Source of the DNA: an uncultured Gemmatimonadales bacterium
GTDB taxonomy: Bacteria; Gemmatimonadota; Gemmatimonadetes; Gemmatimonadales; GWC2-71-9
NCBI GenBank assembly: GCA_963771275.1
Contig: CAVYSW010000011.1
Span: 1-64,000, forward strand
DNA: 64,000 nucleotides
Direction of reading: 5' to 3'
The notes under the pieces were generated by a model that had not been told where the DNA came from, did no database searches, and saw only the letters and a program-made list of their open reading frames with translations. Position 1 is the stretch's first letter. The number at the start of each line of letters is the position of its first letter. Below, one piece after another: positions 19,849-31,118 of the stretch. The translations under genes were made by a program, and so were the position numbers.

Positions 19849-20844
19849 CTACATCGGTCGGGTCGCCAGCTCGCGCACGACCTCCGCCAACCCGACAACC
19901 ACCCTCGCCATTCGCTCGTAATCGAGCTTGTCGGGCGTGTCGTGGGCGGTGTGATACGCCCGGTACCGGAACGGCGCCGTGTCGGTCACCATCACCGCCC
20001 GGTAGCCCTCCCGCCAGAATGCCCAGTGATCCGACCAGAAGACGCCAGGAATGTACGCCGGCAGGGCCGCCCCCTCGCTGGGGAACGGGGTCGTGCGGCG
20101 GAATGCCGCCACGCAGCGCTGCACGAGGGCATGCGAGCGGAGGTTCCCCACGAACGCGATGAAGTTCCCGACGGTGGGATAGGCCAGCGCGAAGGGCCCC
20201 GGATAGTGCTGGCTGCGCGGCCGGTCGCTGTAGCAGCCGATCGTCTCGAGCGACAGCATTGCCACGACGCGCTCGCCGGCCGCCCGGCACGCGCGCGCAC
20301 ACACCCGGCTTCCCATCGAGCGCGTCATGAAGAACGGGGACTCTTCGTTGGCGAACGCCACGAACCGGACGGTGCGCGCGAGGCGGGCGTCACGCAACAG
20401 GCGGGCGAGCTCCAGCATGGCGGCGACCCCCGAGGCGTTGTCGTTGGCGCCGGGCGACCCGCGCACCGTGTCGTAGTGCGCACCGACCAGGACGACCTCG
20501 TCGGCGCGATCGCCACGGCGCTCGGTGAACACGTTGGCGACGGCCTCACCGCGGGCCATGAAGTCTTGGCGCCCGACCTCGTAGCCTGCTGCAGCCAACT
20601 GGTGCTCGACGTGGTCAGCCGCCTGCCCAAGCGCCTCGGGCCGCCAGACGTGACGCTCGCCGATCGTGGCACCCAGCAGCGCGACGTGGTGGCGCAGCCC
20701 ATCGCGCAGCGCCGCGGCCTCCGCCGTGAGCGGCGGGAGAGGCCCGCGGTGCGAGCGGCCCGGCATGTGGGTCATGAATCGCAGCCCCGCGATCGCCCCC
20801 GCCAGCAGGGCGATCCCGAGCGCCACGATCCACGGCGTGGTCAC
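19849..20844 (-). CDS. M28 family peptidase
   Basis: GTGA overlap with the queF stop; GAHYD, GANDNASG, NEE, SDH, YH. Confidence 0.9.
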   Translation of the reverse strand: MTTPWIVALGIALLAGAIAGLRFMTHMPGRSHRGPLPPLTAEAAALRDGLRHHVALLGATIGERHVWRPEALGQAADHVEHQLAAAGYEVGRQDFMARGEAVANVFTERRGDRADEVVLVGAHYDTVRGSPGANDNASGVAAMLELARLLRDARLARTVRFVAFANEESPFFMTRSMGSRVCARACRAAGERVVAMLSLETIGCYSDRPRSQHYPGPFALAYPTVGNFIAFVGNLRSHALVQRCVAAFRRTTPFPSEGAALPAYIPGVFWSDHWAFWREGYRAVMVTDTAPFRYRAYHTAHDTPDKLDYERMARVVVGLAEVVRELATRPM

Positions 20845-21236
20845 CGCCGGGTCCGCTCGGCCTCGGCCACGAGCGCGATGCCGCCGCGCACTCTCTGGTG
20901 CACGCGCACACGCACCCAGGTGGGCGCGATCGCGTAGTCGACGTCGTCGGCAATCCGCGCCGCGAGCGTCTCGCAGAACGCACCCTGGTCGCGGAACGAC
21001 CACAGGTAGTACTTGAGGGCCTTCGACTCGAGGCAGCGCTCGGCCGGCTCGTACTCGATCTCGACCGAGCCGAAATCGGGCTGCCCGGTGCGCGGGCAGA
21101 GCGCCGTGAACTCGGTGGCCTCGAGCGTGATGCGCTGGACGTCGGGCGCGGGGAACGACTCGTCCCGGAGGACGTCCCGGGCTTCGTCGGGATTCGTGGG
21201 GCGCGGCAGCGGCCCGGTCGCGGGGAGCTTGGGCAT
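20841..21236 (-). CDS. queF: NADPH-dependent preQ0 reductase QueF (type I)
   Basis: EFTALCPRTGQPDF, ESKALKYY, RGGI. Confidence 0.92.
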   Translation of the reverse strand: MPKLPATGPLPRPTNPDEARDVLRDESFPAPDVQRITLEATEFTALCPRTGQPDFGSVEIEYEPAERCLESKALKYYLWSFRDQGAFCETLAARIADDVDYAIAPTWVRVRVHQRVRGGIALVAEAERTRR

Positions 21237-21364
21237 GGGGATAATCTACCCGCGCCGGGGAGCGGGGTGAGACGCACCTCGAGCGCCTCTCTCCGGTGGG
21301 GCCAGGAACGGCGTTGCCGCGGCCCGGGCGTTCCGCTCTGCCGGGAGCGGACTAGGTTTGGGGC

Positions 21365-22075
21365 ATGCCGGCGAAGCCTGCGGTCATCCTCCTGAGTGGC
21401 GGTCTCGACTCCACCACCACCCTGGCCATCGCCATGGCCAAGGGGTTCGTGTGCCACGCGCTCACGGTCCGCTACGGCCAGCGCCATGCCGTGGAGCTCG
21501 CGGCCGCGGGCCGCGTGGCGCGCGCGATGGGCGTCGCCGAGCACAAGATCGTGGACCTCGACCTGCGGACGTTCGGCGGCTCGGCGCTCACGGCCGACAT
21601 CCCCGTTCCCAAGGACCGGAGCGACGCCGAGATCGGGCGGGGGATCCCCGTGACGTACGTGCCGGCACGCAACACGATCTTTCTCTCGCTCGCGCTCGCC
21701 TGGGCCGAGGTGCTCGGGGCGTACGATGTCTTTCTCGGCATCAACGCACTGGACTACAGCGGCTATCCCGATTGCCGGCCCGAGTTCATCGAGGCGTTCG
21801 AGCGGCTCGCGAATCTCGCGACCAGGGCCGGGGTCGAGGGCCGGCGCCCGCTGACGGTGCATACCCCGCTGATCCGGATGACGAAGAAGGAGATCCTCCG
21901 CACGGGCCTCGACCTGGGTGTGGATTACGGGCTGACCACGTCGTGCTACGATCCGGACGACGACGGCGCCGCATGCGCGCGCTGCGACGCCTGTCGCCTG
22001 CGGCTCAAGGGCTTCGCGGAGCTGGGCGTGCCGGACCCGGCGCGGTACCGCGCGTCCGCTCGTCCCGTGGCCTAG
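21365..22075 (+). CDS. queC: 7-cyano-7-deazaguanine synthase QueC
   Basis: LSGGLDS, YGQRH, TYVPARN, GYPDCR, SCY...CARCDAC. Confidence 0.97.
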   Translation: MPAKPAVILLSGGLDSTTTLAIAMAKGFVCHALTVRYGQRHAVELAAAGRVARAMGVAEHKIVDLDLRTFGGSALTADIPVPKDRSDAEIGRGIPVTYVPARNTIFLSLALAWAEVLGAYDVFLGINALDYSGYPDCRPEFIEAFERLANLATRAGVEGRRPLTVHTPLIRMTKKEILRTGLDLGVDYGLTTSCYDPDDDGAACARCDACRLRLKGFAELGVPDPARYRASARPVA

Positions 22076-22133
22076 CTTCCCGCATGTCTCGCGCGCGTCG
22101 TCGCAGCTGTCAATTGACCCTGAGGAGCCCGGC

Positions 22134-23438
22134 ATGACCATCGCTCATCGCGTGATCCCAATGATTCTTGGCGCCCTGCTGGCGGGCTCGTTCGGCGCGG
22201 CACGGGCCCAGTCTTCCCCCGGGGCCCCGAGCGACACGGCTCTGGTCGCGCGGGCGCGGGCGATCCACGAGCGGGTGATCGCGCTGGACACGCACAACGA
22301 CATCAACCCCGCCAACTTCACGCGCGAGCGGAACTACGGCCAGCGGCTCGACACCCAGGTGAACCTGCCCAAGATGGAGGAGGGCGGGCTGGACGCGTCG
22401 TTCCTGGTCGTCTACGTGGGACAGCGCGACGACTTCACACCGGAGGGGTATCAGCGGGCATACGAGTCGGCGCTGGAGAAGTTCCAGGCGATCCACCGGC
22501 TGACGGATACGATCGCGCCGGACCGGGTCGGGCTCGCCTACAGCGCGGCCGACGTGCGGCGCATCGTCGCCTCCGGCCGGAAGGTGGCGCTGATCGCGGT
22601 GGAGAACGCCTATCCGCTCGGCACCGACCTCGGGCGCATCCGCCAGTTCTACGATCTCGGCGCCCGGATGCTGTCGCTGTCGCACAATGGGCACAACCAG
22701 TTCACCGACTCCAACACGGGCGAGCGCGACGGCGTGTGGCGCTGGCACGGGCTCTCGCCGCTCGGGCGGGCGGCGATCGCGGAGCTGAACCGCGTGGGGC
22801 TCGTGATCGACGTGTCGCACCCCTCGCGCGAGTCGATGATGCGGACGGTTGCCCTATCCCAGGCTCCGATCATCGCCTCCCACTCGGCGGTACGGGCGCT
22901 GTGCGACGACAGCCGGAACCTCGACGACGAGCAGCTCCGCGCGCTCGGGAAGAACGGCGGGGTGGCGCAGATCGTGGCGCTCAGCTCCTACATCAAGACT
23001 CCCGCCCCGCCTTCGGCGGAGCGGACCCAGGCGATCGCGGCGCTGCGTGAGGAGTTCGGCCTGCCGGCGCAGGGGCGGGGCCGGGGCGGTCTTGCCGCGC
23101 TCACGCCCGAGCGGCAAGCCGAGTACCGGGAGCGCTTGGCGGCGCTGGACGAGCAGTTCCCGCCCCCACCGCGCGCCACTGTCGCGGACTTCGTGGATCA
23201 CATCGATTACGCCGTGAAGCTCATCGGGATCGACCACGTGGGCATCAGCTCCGACTTCGATGGCGGCGGCGGGGTCGAGGGATGGAGCGACGCAAGCGAG
23301 ACGTTCAACGTCACGCTCGAGCTGGTACGGCGCGGCTACACCGAGGGGCAGATCGCCAAGCTGTGGAGCGGCAACGTGCTCCGGGTGATGGACGAGGCGC
23401 AGGCCGTGGCGCGGCGGCTCCAGGCCGCCACCCCGTAG
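22134..23438 (+). CDS. Secreted membrane dipeptidase (M19)
   Basis: Signal peptide; DTHND, EN, DVSH, ASHS, RNLDD, HVGISSDFDGGG. Confidence 0.92.
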   Translation: MTIAHRVIPMILGALLAGSFGAARAQSSPGAPSDTALVARARAIHERVIALDTHNDINPANFTRERNYGQRLDTQVNLPKMEEGGLDASFLVVYVGQRDDFTPEGYQRAYESALEKFQAIHRLTDTIAPDRVGLAYSAADVRRIVASGRKVALIAVENAYPLGTDLGRIRQFYDLGARMLSLSHNGHNQFTDSNTGERDGVWRWHGLSPLGRAAIAELNRVGLVIDVSHPSRESMMRTVALSQAPIIASHSAVRALCDDSRNLDDEQLRALGKNGGVAQIVALSSYIKTPAPPSAERTQAIAALREEFGLPAQGRGRGGLAALTPERQAEYRERLAALDEQFPPPPRATVADFVDHIDYAVKLIGIDHVGISSDFDGGGGVEGWSDASETFNVTLELVRRGYTEGQIAKLWSGNVLRVMDEAQAVARRLQAATP

Positions 23439-23465
23439 CGCCGCGGCCCGGCGGGTAGAGACAAC

Positions 23466-24102
23466 GTGCGCTACGCGGTCAAGGAGCTCTACTCCACGCT
23501 GCAGGGCGAAGGCTACCACACGGGCCGGCCGGCGGTCCTGCTCAGGTTCGCCGGCTGCAACCTGTGGAGCGGGCTCGAGGCAGACCGCGCCCGCGCCATC
23601 TGCCGGTTCTGCGACACGGAATTCGTCGGGACCGACGGCCCGGGTGGCGGCACCTTCGCCACGGCCAGCGATCTCGCACGGGCCGTGGCGGCCGCGTGGC
23701 CGGCGGATCAGCCCGCCGTGCCGTTCGTGGTGTGCACCGGCGGTGAGCCGCTGCTGCAGCTCGACGCGTCACTCATCGCGGCGCTGCACGCGTTGGGCTT
23801 CGAGGTCGCGGTCGAGACCAACGGGACGCGGCCAGCGCCCGACGGGCTCGACTGGATCTGCGTGAGTCCCAAGGCGGGGGCGCCACTCGTGCTCAGCCAC
23901 GGCGACGAGCTCAAGCTGGTGTACCCGCAGGTCGGGGCCGAGCCGGAGCGGTTCGTGGATCTCGCCGTTCCGCCGGTTCTACGTCCAGCCGATGGACGGG
24001 CCGGACCGGGAGCGGAACACGGAGCTGGTGTTCCGCTACGTGGCCGAGCATCCGCCGTGGCGAGTGAGTCTGCAGACGCACAAACTGATGGGGATTCGCT
24101 AA
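23466..24102 (+). CDS. queE: 7-carboxy-7-deazaguanine synthase QueE (one frameshift near 23968)
   Basis: TLQGEG, RFAGCNLW...CRFCDT, TGGEP, VETNG. The C-terminus YVQPMD...WRVSLQTHKLMGIR* is in another frame. Confidence 0.9.
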
Positions 24103-24115
24103 GGGACCCGGCTGC

Positions 24116-24687
24116 ATGACCGTCTACCTCGCCCTGCTCCGCGCCATCAACCTGCCCGGCCACAACCAGGTCGCCATGGCCGACCTGCGCGCGTTCCTCT
24201 CAGGACCTGGGCTTCGACGACCCTCGGTCCTTGCTCCAGAGCGGCAATCTCGTCTTCCGGGGTACGCCGCCGGACACCGGCGCGGCATCGAAGCGCCTGC
24301 TCGAGACGGAGAGCGGCGGCGCGGCTCAGGCTCCAGACGGACTTCTTCGTTCGCACCGCGGAGGACTGGAATGACGTCGTCGCCGGCAATCCGTTCCGCG
24401 AGGCGGCGGAGCACGATCCCGGTCATCTGATCGTCATGTTTCTCAAGCAGGCGCCGGCCGCCGGCTCCGTGCAGGCGCTTCAGGCCGCGATCACGGGTCC
24501 GGAAGTCGTTCGCGCACGCGGGAGGCAGGCGTACATCACGTATCCCGCCGGGATCGGCCGATCGCGTGTGACGAATGCGCTGATCGAGTCGAAGCTGGCC
24601 ACCCGCGGCACGGGGCGGAACTGGAACACCGTCCTCAAGCTCCTGGCGCTCGCCACCGAGCTTGCGGGCCCGAAGGGCGCTACGTGA
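24116..24687 (+). CDS. DUF1697 family protein (frameshifted near 24205-24310)
   Basis: YLALLRAINL.G...MADLR; LLQSGNLVF in a shifted frame; C-terminal TGRNWNTV. Confidence 0.85.
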
Positions 24688-25328
24688 CGCAGTACCTGCT
24701 GCTCGGCGGCGGGTTCGCGTTCGCGGCGACAATCCAGCCCGGGCCGCTGCAGGCGTTTCTCCTTGCTCGCGTGGCGACCATCGGATGGAAGCGCACGCTC
24801 CCGGCGTGCTTCTCGCCCCTGTTGAGCGATGGGCCGATCGCGCTGGTCGTGCTGCTCCTCGTGGGACGGCTGTCCGCGACGACGCAGCAGCTGCTCAGGG
24901 CGGCGGGAGGTGTGCTCCTGCTCTACCTCGCGTGGCGCGCGTTCCGGCAGTGGCGCAACCCCTCCGACTCCGGCCCCGACAAGCCAGCGCCGCGCACGCT
25001 GTTCCAGGCCGCGCTGGTCAATGTCCTCAATCCCAACCCGTACCTCGGCTGGGCCCTGGTGCTCGGCCCATCCGTCGTCGCGGCCTGGCATCAACACCCC
25101 GCCAACGCCGTGGCGCTCGTCGCGGCGTTCTACGGCACCATGGTGGCGATGCTGGCGCTGTTCATCGCGCTCGCCGGCACCACCACCGGCCGCCTGAGCC
25201 CGCCGGGTCTCCGCGCGCTGGTGGCGGCATCGGTCCTCATCCTGGCGGCCCTCGGAGCCTATCTGCTGATCTCGGGCGCGCTGTTCCTCACACTGCCGTC
25301 CGCGCCGTCACCTCACCCGTCCGCTTGA
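24684..25328 (+). CDS. LysE-family translocator
   Basis: QPGP motif, SDGP, NVLNPNPY, about 6 hydrophobic segments. Confidence 0.85.
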   Translation: MTQYLLLGGGFAFAATIQPGPLQAFLLARVATIGWKRTLPACFSPLLSDGPIALVVLLLVGRLSATTQQLLRAAGGVLLLYLAWRAFRQWRNPSDSGPDKPAPRTLFQAALVNVLNPNPYLGWALVLGPSVVAAWHQHPANAVALVAAFYGTMVAMLALFIALAGTTTGRLSPPGLRALVAASVLILAALGAYLLISGALFLTLPSAPSPHPSA

Positions 25329-25360
25329 GTTCCCGTACAGATCGAGACATCATCAAGGCC

Positions 25361-27026
25361 ATGCGCTCCCTCTCCCTCGCTGGCGCCGTGCTCGCCGCGG
25401 CCGCCAGCCACGCTGTCGCCCAGGCCGATCGCCCGTTCACCCGCGCTGACACGCTGCGCGGCTCGCTCACCGCGCCCGAGCGGACCTGGTGGGACGTGAC
25501 GTTCTACGACCTGCACGTGGCGATCACACCGGCCGACTCAGCATCCGGGGCTACAACGGGATCACCTACCGCGTGGTCGCGCCCGCCCGCGAGATGCAGA
25601 TCGACCTGATGGTGCCGCTCGTGGTGGACAGCATGGTGCAGGACGGCCAGGCAGTGTCCTTCCGGCGCGATGGCAACGCGTTCTTCGCCCGCCCCACCGC
25701 CCCACAGGCGGTCGGTGCCCGCAAGACGATCACGGTCTACTATCACGGCAAGCCCCAACCCGCACGCCGCCCGCCGTGGGACGGCGGATTCACCTGGACG
25801 AGCGACAGCCTCGGCCGCCCGTGGGTGGTGACCACCGACCAGGGCCTGGGCGCCAGCGTCTGGTGGCCCAACAAGGACATCGGGGCCGACGAGCCCGACA
25901 GCCAGCGCATCGCGCTCACCGTGCCCGATCCGATGATCGACGTGTCCAACGGCCGGCTGCGCAGCGTGACGCCCGAACGGCGACGGCACGACCACCTGGG
26001 AGTGGTTCGTCGCAGAGCCCGATCAACAACTACGCGATCGCCGTCGGCGCCGGGCAGCTACGCCCACTACACCGACTTCTTCGAGGGCGAGCGGGGCATG
26101 CTGACGCTCGACTTCTGGCCGCTCTCCTATCACGTCGAGGCGGCGCAGCGGCAGTTCCCGCAGGCCAAGACCATGCTCGCGTGCTTCGAGCACTGGTTCG
26201 GGCCGTACCCGTGGTACGAGGACGGCTACAAGCTGGTCGAGACGCCGCACCCCGGCATGGAGCACCAGAGCGCCGTGGCCTACGGCAACTGGTACCAGAA
26301 CGGCTACCGCGCTGCGCGACGTCTCCGGCACCGGCATCGGCACGAAGTGGGACTTCATCATCGTGCACGAGAGCGCGCACGAGTGGTTCGCCAACAACAT
26401 CACGGCGAAGGACAACGCCGACATGTGGGTGCACGAGAGCTTCGCCAACTACGCGGAGAACCTCTACACCGAGTGCCAGTTCGGGAAGGAGGCGGGCGCG
26501 CGAGTACGTCATCGGCTCGCGGCGGAACATCCGGAACGACCGGCCGATCGTCGGCACCTACGGCGTGAACGCCCAGGGCTCGGGCGACATGTACTACAAG
26601 GGCGGCAACATGCTGCACACGATCCGCCAGATCGTGGACGACGACGAGAAGTGGCGCGGCATCCTGCGCGGCCTGAACCAGCACGTTCTGGCACCAGACC
26701 GTGACGGGCAAGCAGGTCGAGGACTACATCAGCCGCGAGGCGGGAATCGACCTGAGCAAGGTGTTCGACCAGTACCTCCGCACCACGCAGGTCCCCACGC
26801 TGGAGTATCGGATCGCCGGGAAGACGCTCTCCTACCGCTGGACCGACGTGGTGCCGGGCTTCGCCATGCCCGTGGCGGTGACGCTCGGCGACAGCGGGTT
26901 CACCGTGATCCGCCCGACCGAGACATGGCAGACCGCGACCCTCACGCTCGCGGACCCGGCCGCTTCCAGGTGGATCCCAACTACTACGTCATGGCGCGGG
27001 AGGCATCGGCACAGGGTCGGGAGTAA
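25361..27026 (+). CDS. Secreted M1 family metallo-aminopeptidase (multiple frameshifts)
   Basis: Signal peptide, FTRADTLRG, GMEHQS, HESAHEWF, WVHESF, YYKG, spread over three frames. Confidence 0.85.
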
Positions 27027-27251
27027 TCAGCAGGGTGCTGGATTGGGAGCGTTGTCTGGTGGCCGAGTGGAGCAGGCGTCGGACGCGTGGGCCGCAGGGG
27101 CACTCGGTCCGCCGAGCTGGCCGGCCCATCTGAAGGCAGTCACGGGCGCGGCCGTGTGCCCCGCGGCCAGCGTCCTGAGCCCGCTCCACTCGGGCACGTG
27201 CGGAGTCCCGCTTCACCGTCCTGCGGCCTCCGGGTCTCTAAGGGTCCGCGG

Positions 27252-28066
27252 TCACCGCCCCCCGCCCAGCGTCTCGCGCAGGAACCGCGTGAGCCGCTGC
27301 CAGGCGTCCGTGGCCGGCGCCTCGCGCGCCACCCGATCCCGATCCACCCATAGCCAGAATCCGTGCACCATCGGGTCGTACACGTGGATGTCGTTCTTGA
27401 CGCCGAGGGAGTCGAGCACCGCCGCGAACCGCGCGACCTGCGCCGCCGGAATCCCGGTGTCCTGGCCGGCGAAGGTGCCGTAGATCGGATGATGGATCCG
27501 CCGCAGCTCGGCCGGGTCGGTCACCAGGGACCCGTAGAAGATGGCGGTCGCTTCGTGCTGGGCGCCGCCCAGGGCATAGCTCAGCGCGATGCCGCCGCCA
27601 AAGCACCATCCCATTACACCCACTTTGCCGCTCACGTCCGGCCGCGCCCTTAAGAATCGCTGCGCCGCGTCCAGGTTCGCGATGACCTGTTCGGGGTGCG
27701 CTCGGGTCTCGTTCACCAGCGCCATGTTTTCTTGCGGGTTGTTGCCCGTGCGGCTGTGGTACAGGTCCGCCGCGAGCGCGACATATCCGTGCGCGGCGAA
27801 CGCGTCGGCCACTTGGCGGACACGGTCCACCAGGCCGTTCCACTCGTGCACCAGGATCAACGCGGGGAACGGCCCAGGGCCGTCCGGCACCGCGAGGTAG
27901 CCACGCGTCAGCGGAGTCGCCGGCGACGTACGGGACTGTGCGGCCCTGGGGCGGTGGCGCTGTGCCCAGGATCGCGTCGGGAATGGAGGATTCCTGCGCC
28001 TGGGCGCGAGCGGCGGCGGATCGTCCACGCTAGAACGGCGACGCACGACAGGGCGAGTCGCGTCAC
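27252..28066 (-). CDS. Dienelactone hydrolase family protein (N-terminus frameshifted)
   Basis: HEWNGL, GWCFGG, D and HGF catalytic residues. The signal peptide VTRLALSCVAVLAW is recoverable from GTG 28066 in a shifted frame. Confidence 0.85.
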
Positions 28067-28240
28067 GGGAACACCTCGAAGTCACGGGGAACAGCGCTGG
28101 GTCGAGCATGGAGGCTGGCGTCGAGCCGACGCCTGTCAAGCCGGACGGCCCAGCCGCGAGGGCCGGCCGCCATCCTGGACTGGCGCGGAGGGCCGCTGCG
28201 TCCGAGCTTCCAAGACCCGTCCCGACCCCGGAGTCTCTCG

Positions 28241-28976
28241 ATGCCATCCAGCCGCCGCCCGCTCGTCCTGCTCGCACTTCTCCTGATACCACGCGGGGTA
28301 GCAGCCCAGGACCGCGGGTACACGGCGCTCCGGTGGTGGCACCCGGTGGTCGCGTCAGCCGGGCTCGCCCTCACGTTCCTGATCGATCAGCCGGTCCACG
28401 ACTACATGCAGGAGCACCAGGACTCGACGCTCACCGACATCGCCGATGTCGCCAAGCGGTTCCACGAGCCGGAGGTGACGATCGTGGCCGGGACCGGCGC
28501 GATGGGGTTGGGTCTGCTGTTTCGCCAGTGGACCGTGGCCCAGACCGGGCTCCAGATTCTGGCGTCGTACGGGCTGGCGTCGGGCATGATGATCGCGACC
28601 AAGTGGGCCTTCGGGCGGTCGCGGCCCAACGCCACGCCCGACGACAACACGACGTTCGACTGGTTCGACGGGGGCGAGAACAGCTCGTTCCCCTCCGGAG
28701 CGGCCGTGGTGACGTTCAGCCTCGCCACCACCATCGCGGACGCGGTGGATCATCCCGGCCGCCACGGTGGTGCTGTACGCGGGCGCGACGCTCAACTCGT
28801 GGGCGCGGGTCTACGCCGATCGGCACTGGTTCAGCGACGTCGCCTTCGGGGCGCTGTACGGTATCACGGCGGCGAAGCTGGTGGACGGCCACTGGCGGAT
28901 CTTCGGGTTCCGGCCGCCGACGGTGGGGATTGACGCCCGGGGGAGGACGACGCTGCGATACGAGATTCCGTGGTAG
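28241..28976 (+). CDS. PAP2 family phosphatase (frameshift near 28760)
   Basis: KWAFGRSRP, SFPSG, then ARVYADRHWFSDV in the next frame. Confidence 0.85.
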
Positions 28977-29203
28977 AACGGAGCGCACCCTCGTCGCCGA
29001 TACCCGACTGTCAACGTCGTGATGTTGCGGTCCGGCGACACCTGCTAGTGGTAGCGATTGTGCGCCCCAGAGCCGGACCCCATCTTGGGGACCGGCACCG
29101 CGGCGGAACTCTCCCTCCCGACCATTCCGTGCCTCTGGCATCGGCGAACGTCGGGCGTCCCTCTCCCGACGGCCCCGCCGACATTCGTTGCATGGGGGTC
29201 GCA

Positions 29204-29425
29204 ATGATCTCTCGGCACCACACGGCGTGCATCCCACCCGCCGTTCTTCTCGCGTTGATCGCCTGTGGGGGAACGACTCCGCCGCAGCCTACCGTGACCC
29301 ACGTAGCTGGGTCTCCCATCAGCACGACACTGGCCACGCTGGGAGCGACCGTGCAGCTCGCAGCGGTTGCGCACGACGCGGATGGAGCCGTCAGGAGGTG
29401 CGCCCCATTTCTTGGACAGCGTTGA
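29204..29425 (+). pseudogene. Truncated Ig-like (Big_2-type) lipoprotein
   Basis: Lipobox LIAC, then TLATLGATVQLAAVAHDADG, ending abruptly at the IS end near 29393. Confidence 0.6.
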
Positions 29426-29735
29426 CCGCCAGTTCTTGTGGTCATCCCTGGGGGTGAAGACCGCTCAGATAGCCGAGCGGGGCTTGGTTGCCGAGCGATG
29501 AGTGCCGTCGCCGACCAGTGTCATACGTGATCCGCTGGGCCACGAGTCGCCGCAGGTCGGTGAGCGTCGGCGCGTCGAGGAACAGCGACCGGTTCTCGGA
29601 CTTGAACCGGCCGTGAAAGGATTCCATCTCGGGGTTGTCCCGGCAGCCGTGGAGGGCGTAGGAGAGCCGCACGTGATCTCGCACCAGCAGTTGCCCCGTC
29701 CAGCCGTAGCCCATACACACGGGATCCCGATCGTG
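29394..29735 (-). mobile_element. IS3-family remnant: transposase C-terminus plus right inverted repeat
   Basis: HDRDPV...DNPEMESFHGRFKSE...RRRHSSLGNQAP (integrase core C-terminus). IRR-like TGTCCAAGAAATGGGGCGCACCTC at 29395-29418 (minus strand). Confidence 0.85.
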
Positions 29736-29899
29736 ATCATCACCAACTCATCGCCCGTGCGCAGCGAACGTCGGGGTGGGTCTGCCAGCCTTACGTAGTG
29801 AAAGCCGCTCACCACACCTTTGGGAGCCGCTCCCGCAGCTATCGATCCCACGAAGACAGCCACAGAAACCACCACGAGGCTCCTGTGCCAGACTCTCAT
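29725..29899 (-). pseudogene. N-terminal stub of a secreted/membrane protein truncated by the IS remnant
   Basis: ATGA overlap with the propeller stop codon. MRVWHRSLVVVSVAVFVGSIAAG...GDELVMITIG, then joins transposase sequence. Confidence 0.6.
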
Positions 29900-31077
29900 G
29901 AGGATCGCGTCCGCCATTCGTAGATCTCGATGCGTGGGAAAGGATCCTCCCGCAGAGACACAAAGAAGCCATCGCCGAACGCCACTATCCGTGGGAACCC
30001 CCGGCCAAGTGCGACTATCCGTCCGTCCTGTGCGCCGATCGCGAATGTGCGCAACTCTGTCAGCTCATTCCGAGCATCCGCGTCTTCGCGACTGACGTAG
30101 GCAATCTGCGCAAGAAAGAACGGCCTCGTCACGCCAGGTGGCCAAGGTCTGACAGGCACGAGAGAGTATGTATGGTCGTATCCGTCCTCCGGAATCCGTG
30201 TACGTGTACCTCGAGCGGTCCTCGCGAAGTAAATCGGGCGGAAGCCATCAACAACCGTAATCCACTCAGGGGTTCCGTCTGTTCCATAGGCGTGGAACTC
30301 TCCCAACAAGGCCATTGGCGCCAACACCAGTCGATCCGGGTCCCGGTCACACGCGAGCAGACTACGGTTCACGTGGACCGCCACCATCGCGTCAGGGGCG
30401 TTGTATACCTGTCCGAATGATGCTTCCACGCGCTCACCGGAGACTCGGTGAATTAGCGGAGGCGCTTTGAAGGCAGTTCCTCCGGGCTCGAATGTCGTTC
30501 CGTGAATGAAGAGCCCGGACGGCAGAACACACACGTCGATGGGCTCAAAATCGTATGAGAAACTCCGCTCGAATCTGAAGCCCGCTCCATCATGGATGAA
30601 CTTGTGAACGTGGTAGACATCCAGCACATACAAGGCGCCGTCTTGTCCCATCGTCAGCCGGCGAGGTTCGACGAACTCGCCGGGGCCCCTTCCGGCCGCA
30701 CCCACACTCGCTATGTACTGACCATCCCGTCCGAAGACTCGAACCGCATGGCTGTAGGAGTCCAGCACGTAGATGCTGTTAGATGAGTCGACAACAACGT
30801 CCGACACCTTGCCAAACATCTGCTCACGGGGTCCCTCCAGTACGCCCACGACCGCTGACCGACGTGCTGCCGACAGCACCCGGAATAGAGGGTGGTCCTC
30901 AGCGGCAGCAGCTCCCAGATCAACGCGCGAATGGACCGGAATTGGACGGTGGAAGAATTCCTTCCGGGGATGCACAACATCTCCGCCCGCGGCTCCTGCC
31001 GCAGCGGTCCCTCCAGTCCCCCTGCATGAGGACAAGGCAACGGCGATTGCAGTCAGCACCTGAAGTTCCTTGAGCAT
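29896..31077 (-). CDS. 6-bladed beta-propeller (NHL-like) lipoprotein
   Basis: Lipobox LSSC; FGKVSDVVVDSSNSIYVLD, VGAAGRGPGEF..P; C-terminal DPFPRIEIY; lower GC. Confidence 0.85.
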   Translation of the reverse strand: MLKELQVLTAIAVALSSCRGTGGTAAAGAAGGDVVHPRKEFFHRPIPVHSRVDLGAAAAEDHPLFRVLSAARRSAVVGVLEGPREQMFGKVSDVVVDSSNSIYVLDSYSHAVRVFGRDGQYIASVGAAGRGPGEFVEPRRLTMGQDGALYVLDVYHVHKFIHDGAGFRFERSFSYDFEPIDVCVLPSGLFIHGTTFEPGGTAFKAPPLIHRVSGERVEASFGQVYNAPDAMVAVHVNRSLLACDRDPDRLVLAPMALLGEFHAYGTDGTPEWITVVDGFRPIYFARTARGTRTRIPEDGYDHTYSLVPVRPWPPGVTRPFFLAQIAYVSREDADARNELTELRTFAIGAQDGRIVALGRGFPRIVAFGDGFFVSLREDPFPRIEIYEWRTRSS

Positions 31078-31118
31078 CTTTCACACTCTTCGGCGAGGAC
31101 AGTTGCAGGACGGACCTG

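Noticed and set aside
20841..24102. Dpd-type 7-deazaguanine DNA modification/defence island
   Set aside because: No dpdA/B/C or other defence genes; queF points to tRNA queuosine synthesis.
23960..27026. Programmed ribosomal frameshifting in queE, DUF1697 and the M1 peptidase
   Set aside because: Too many shifts in unrelated genes with no slippery-site pattern; sequencing error is simpler.
28062..28093. Short direct repeat GTCACGGG(G)AACA x2 at the dienelactone hydrolase start
   Set aside because: Only two copies, in an error-prone region; insufficient support as an operator.
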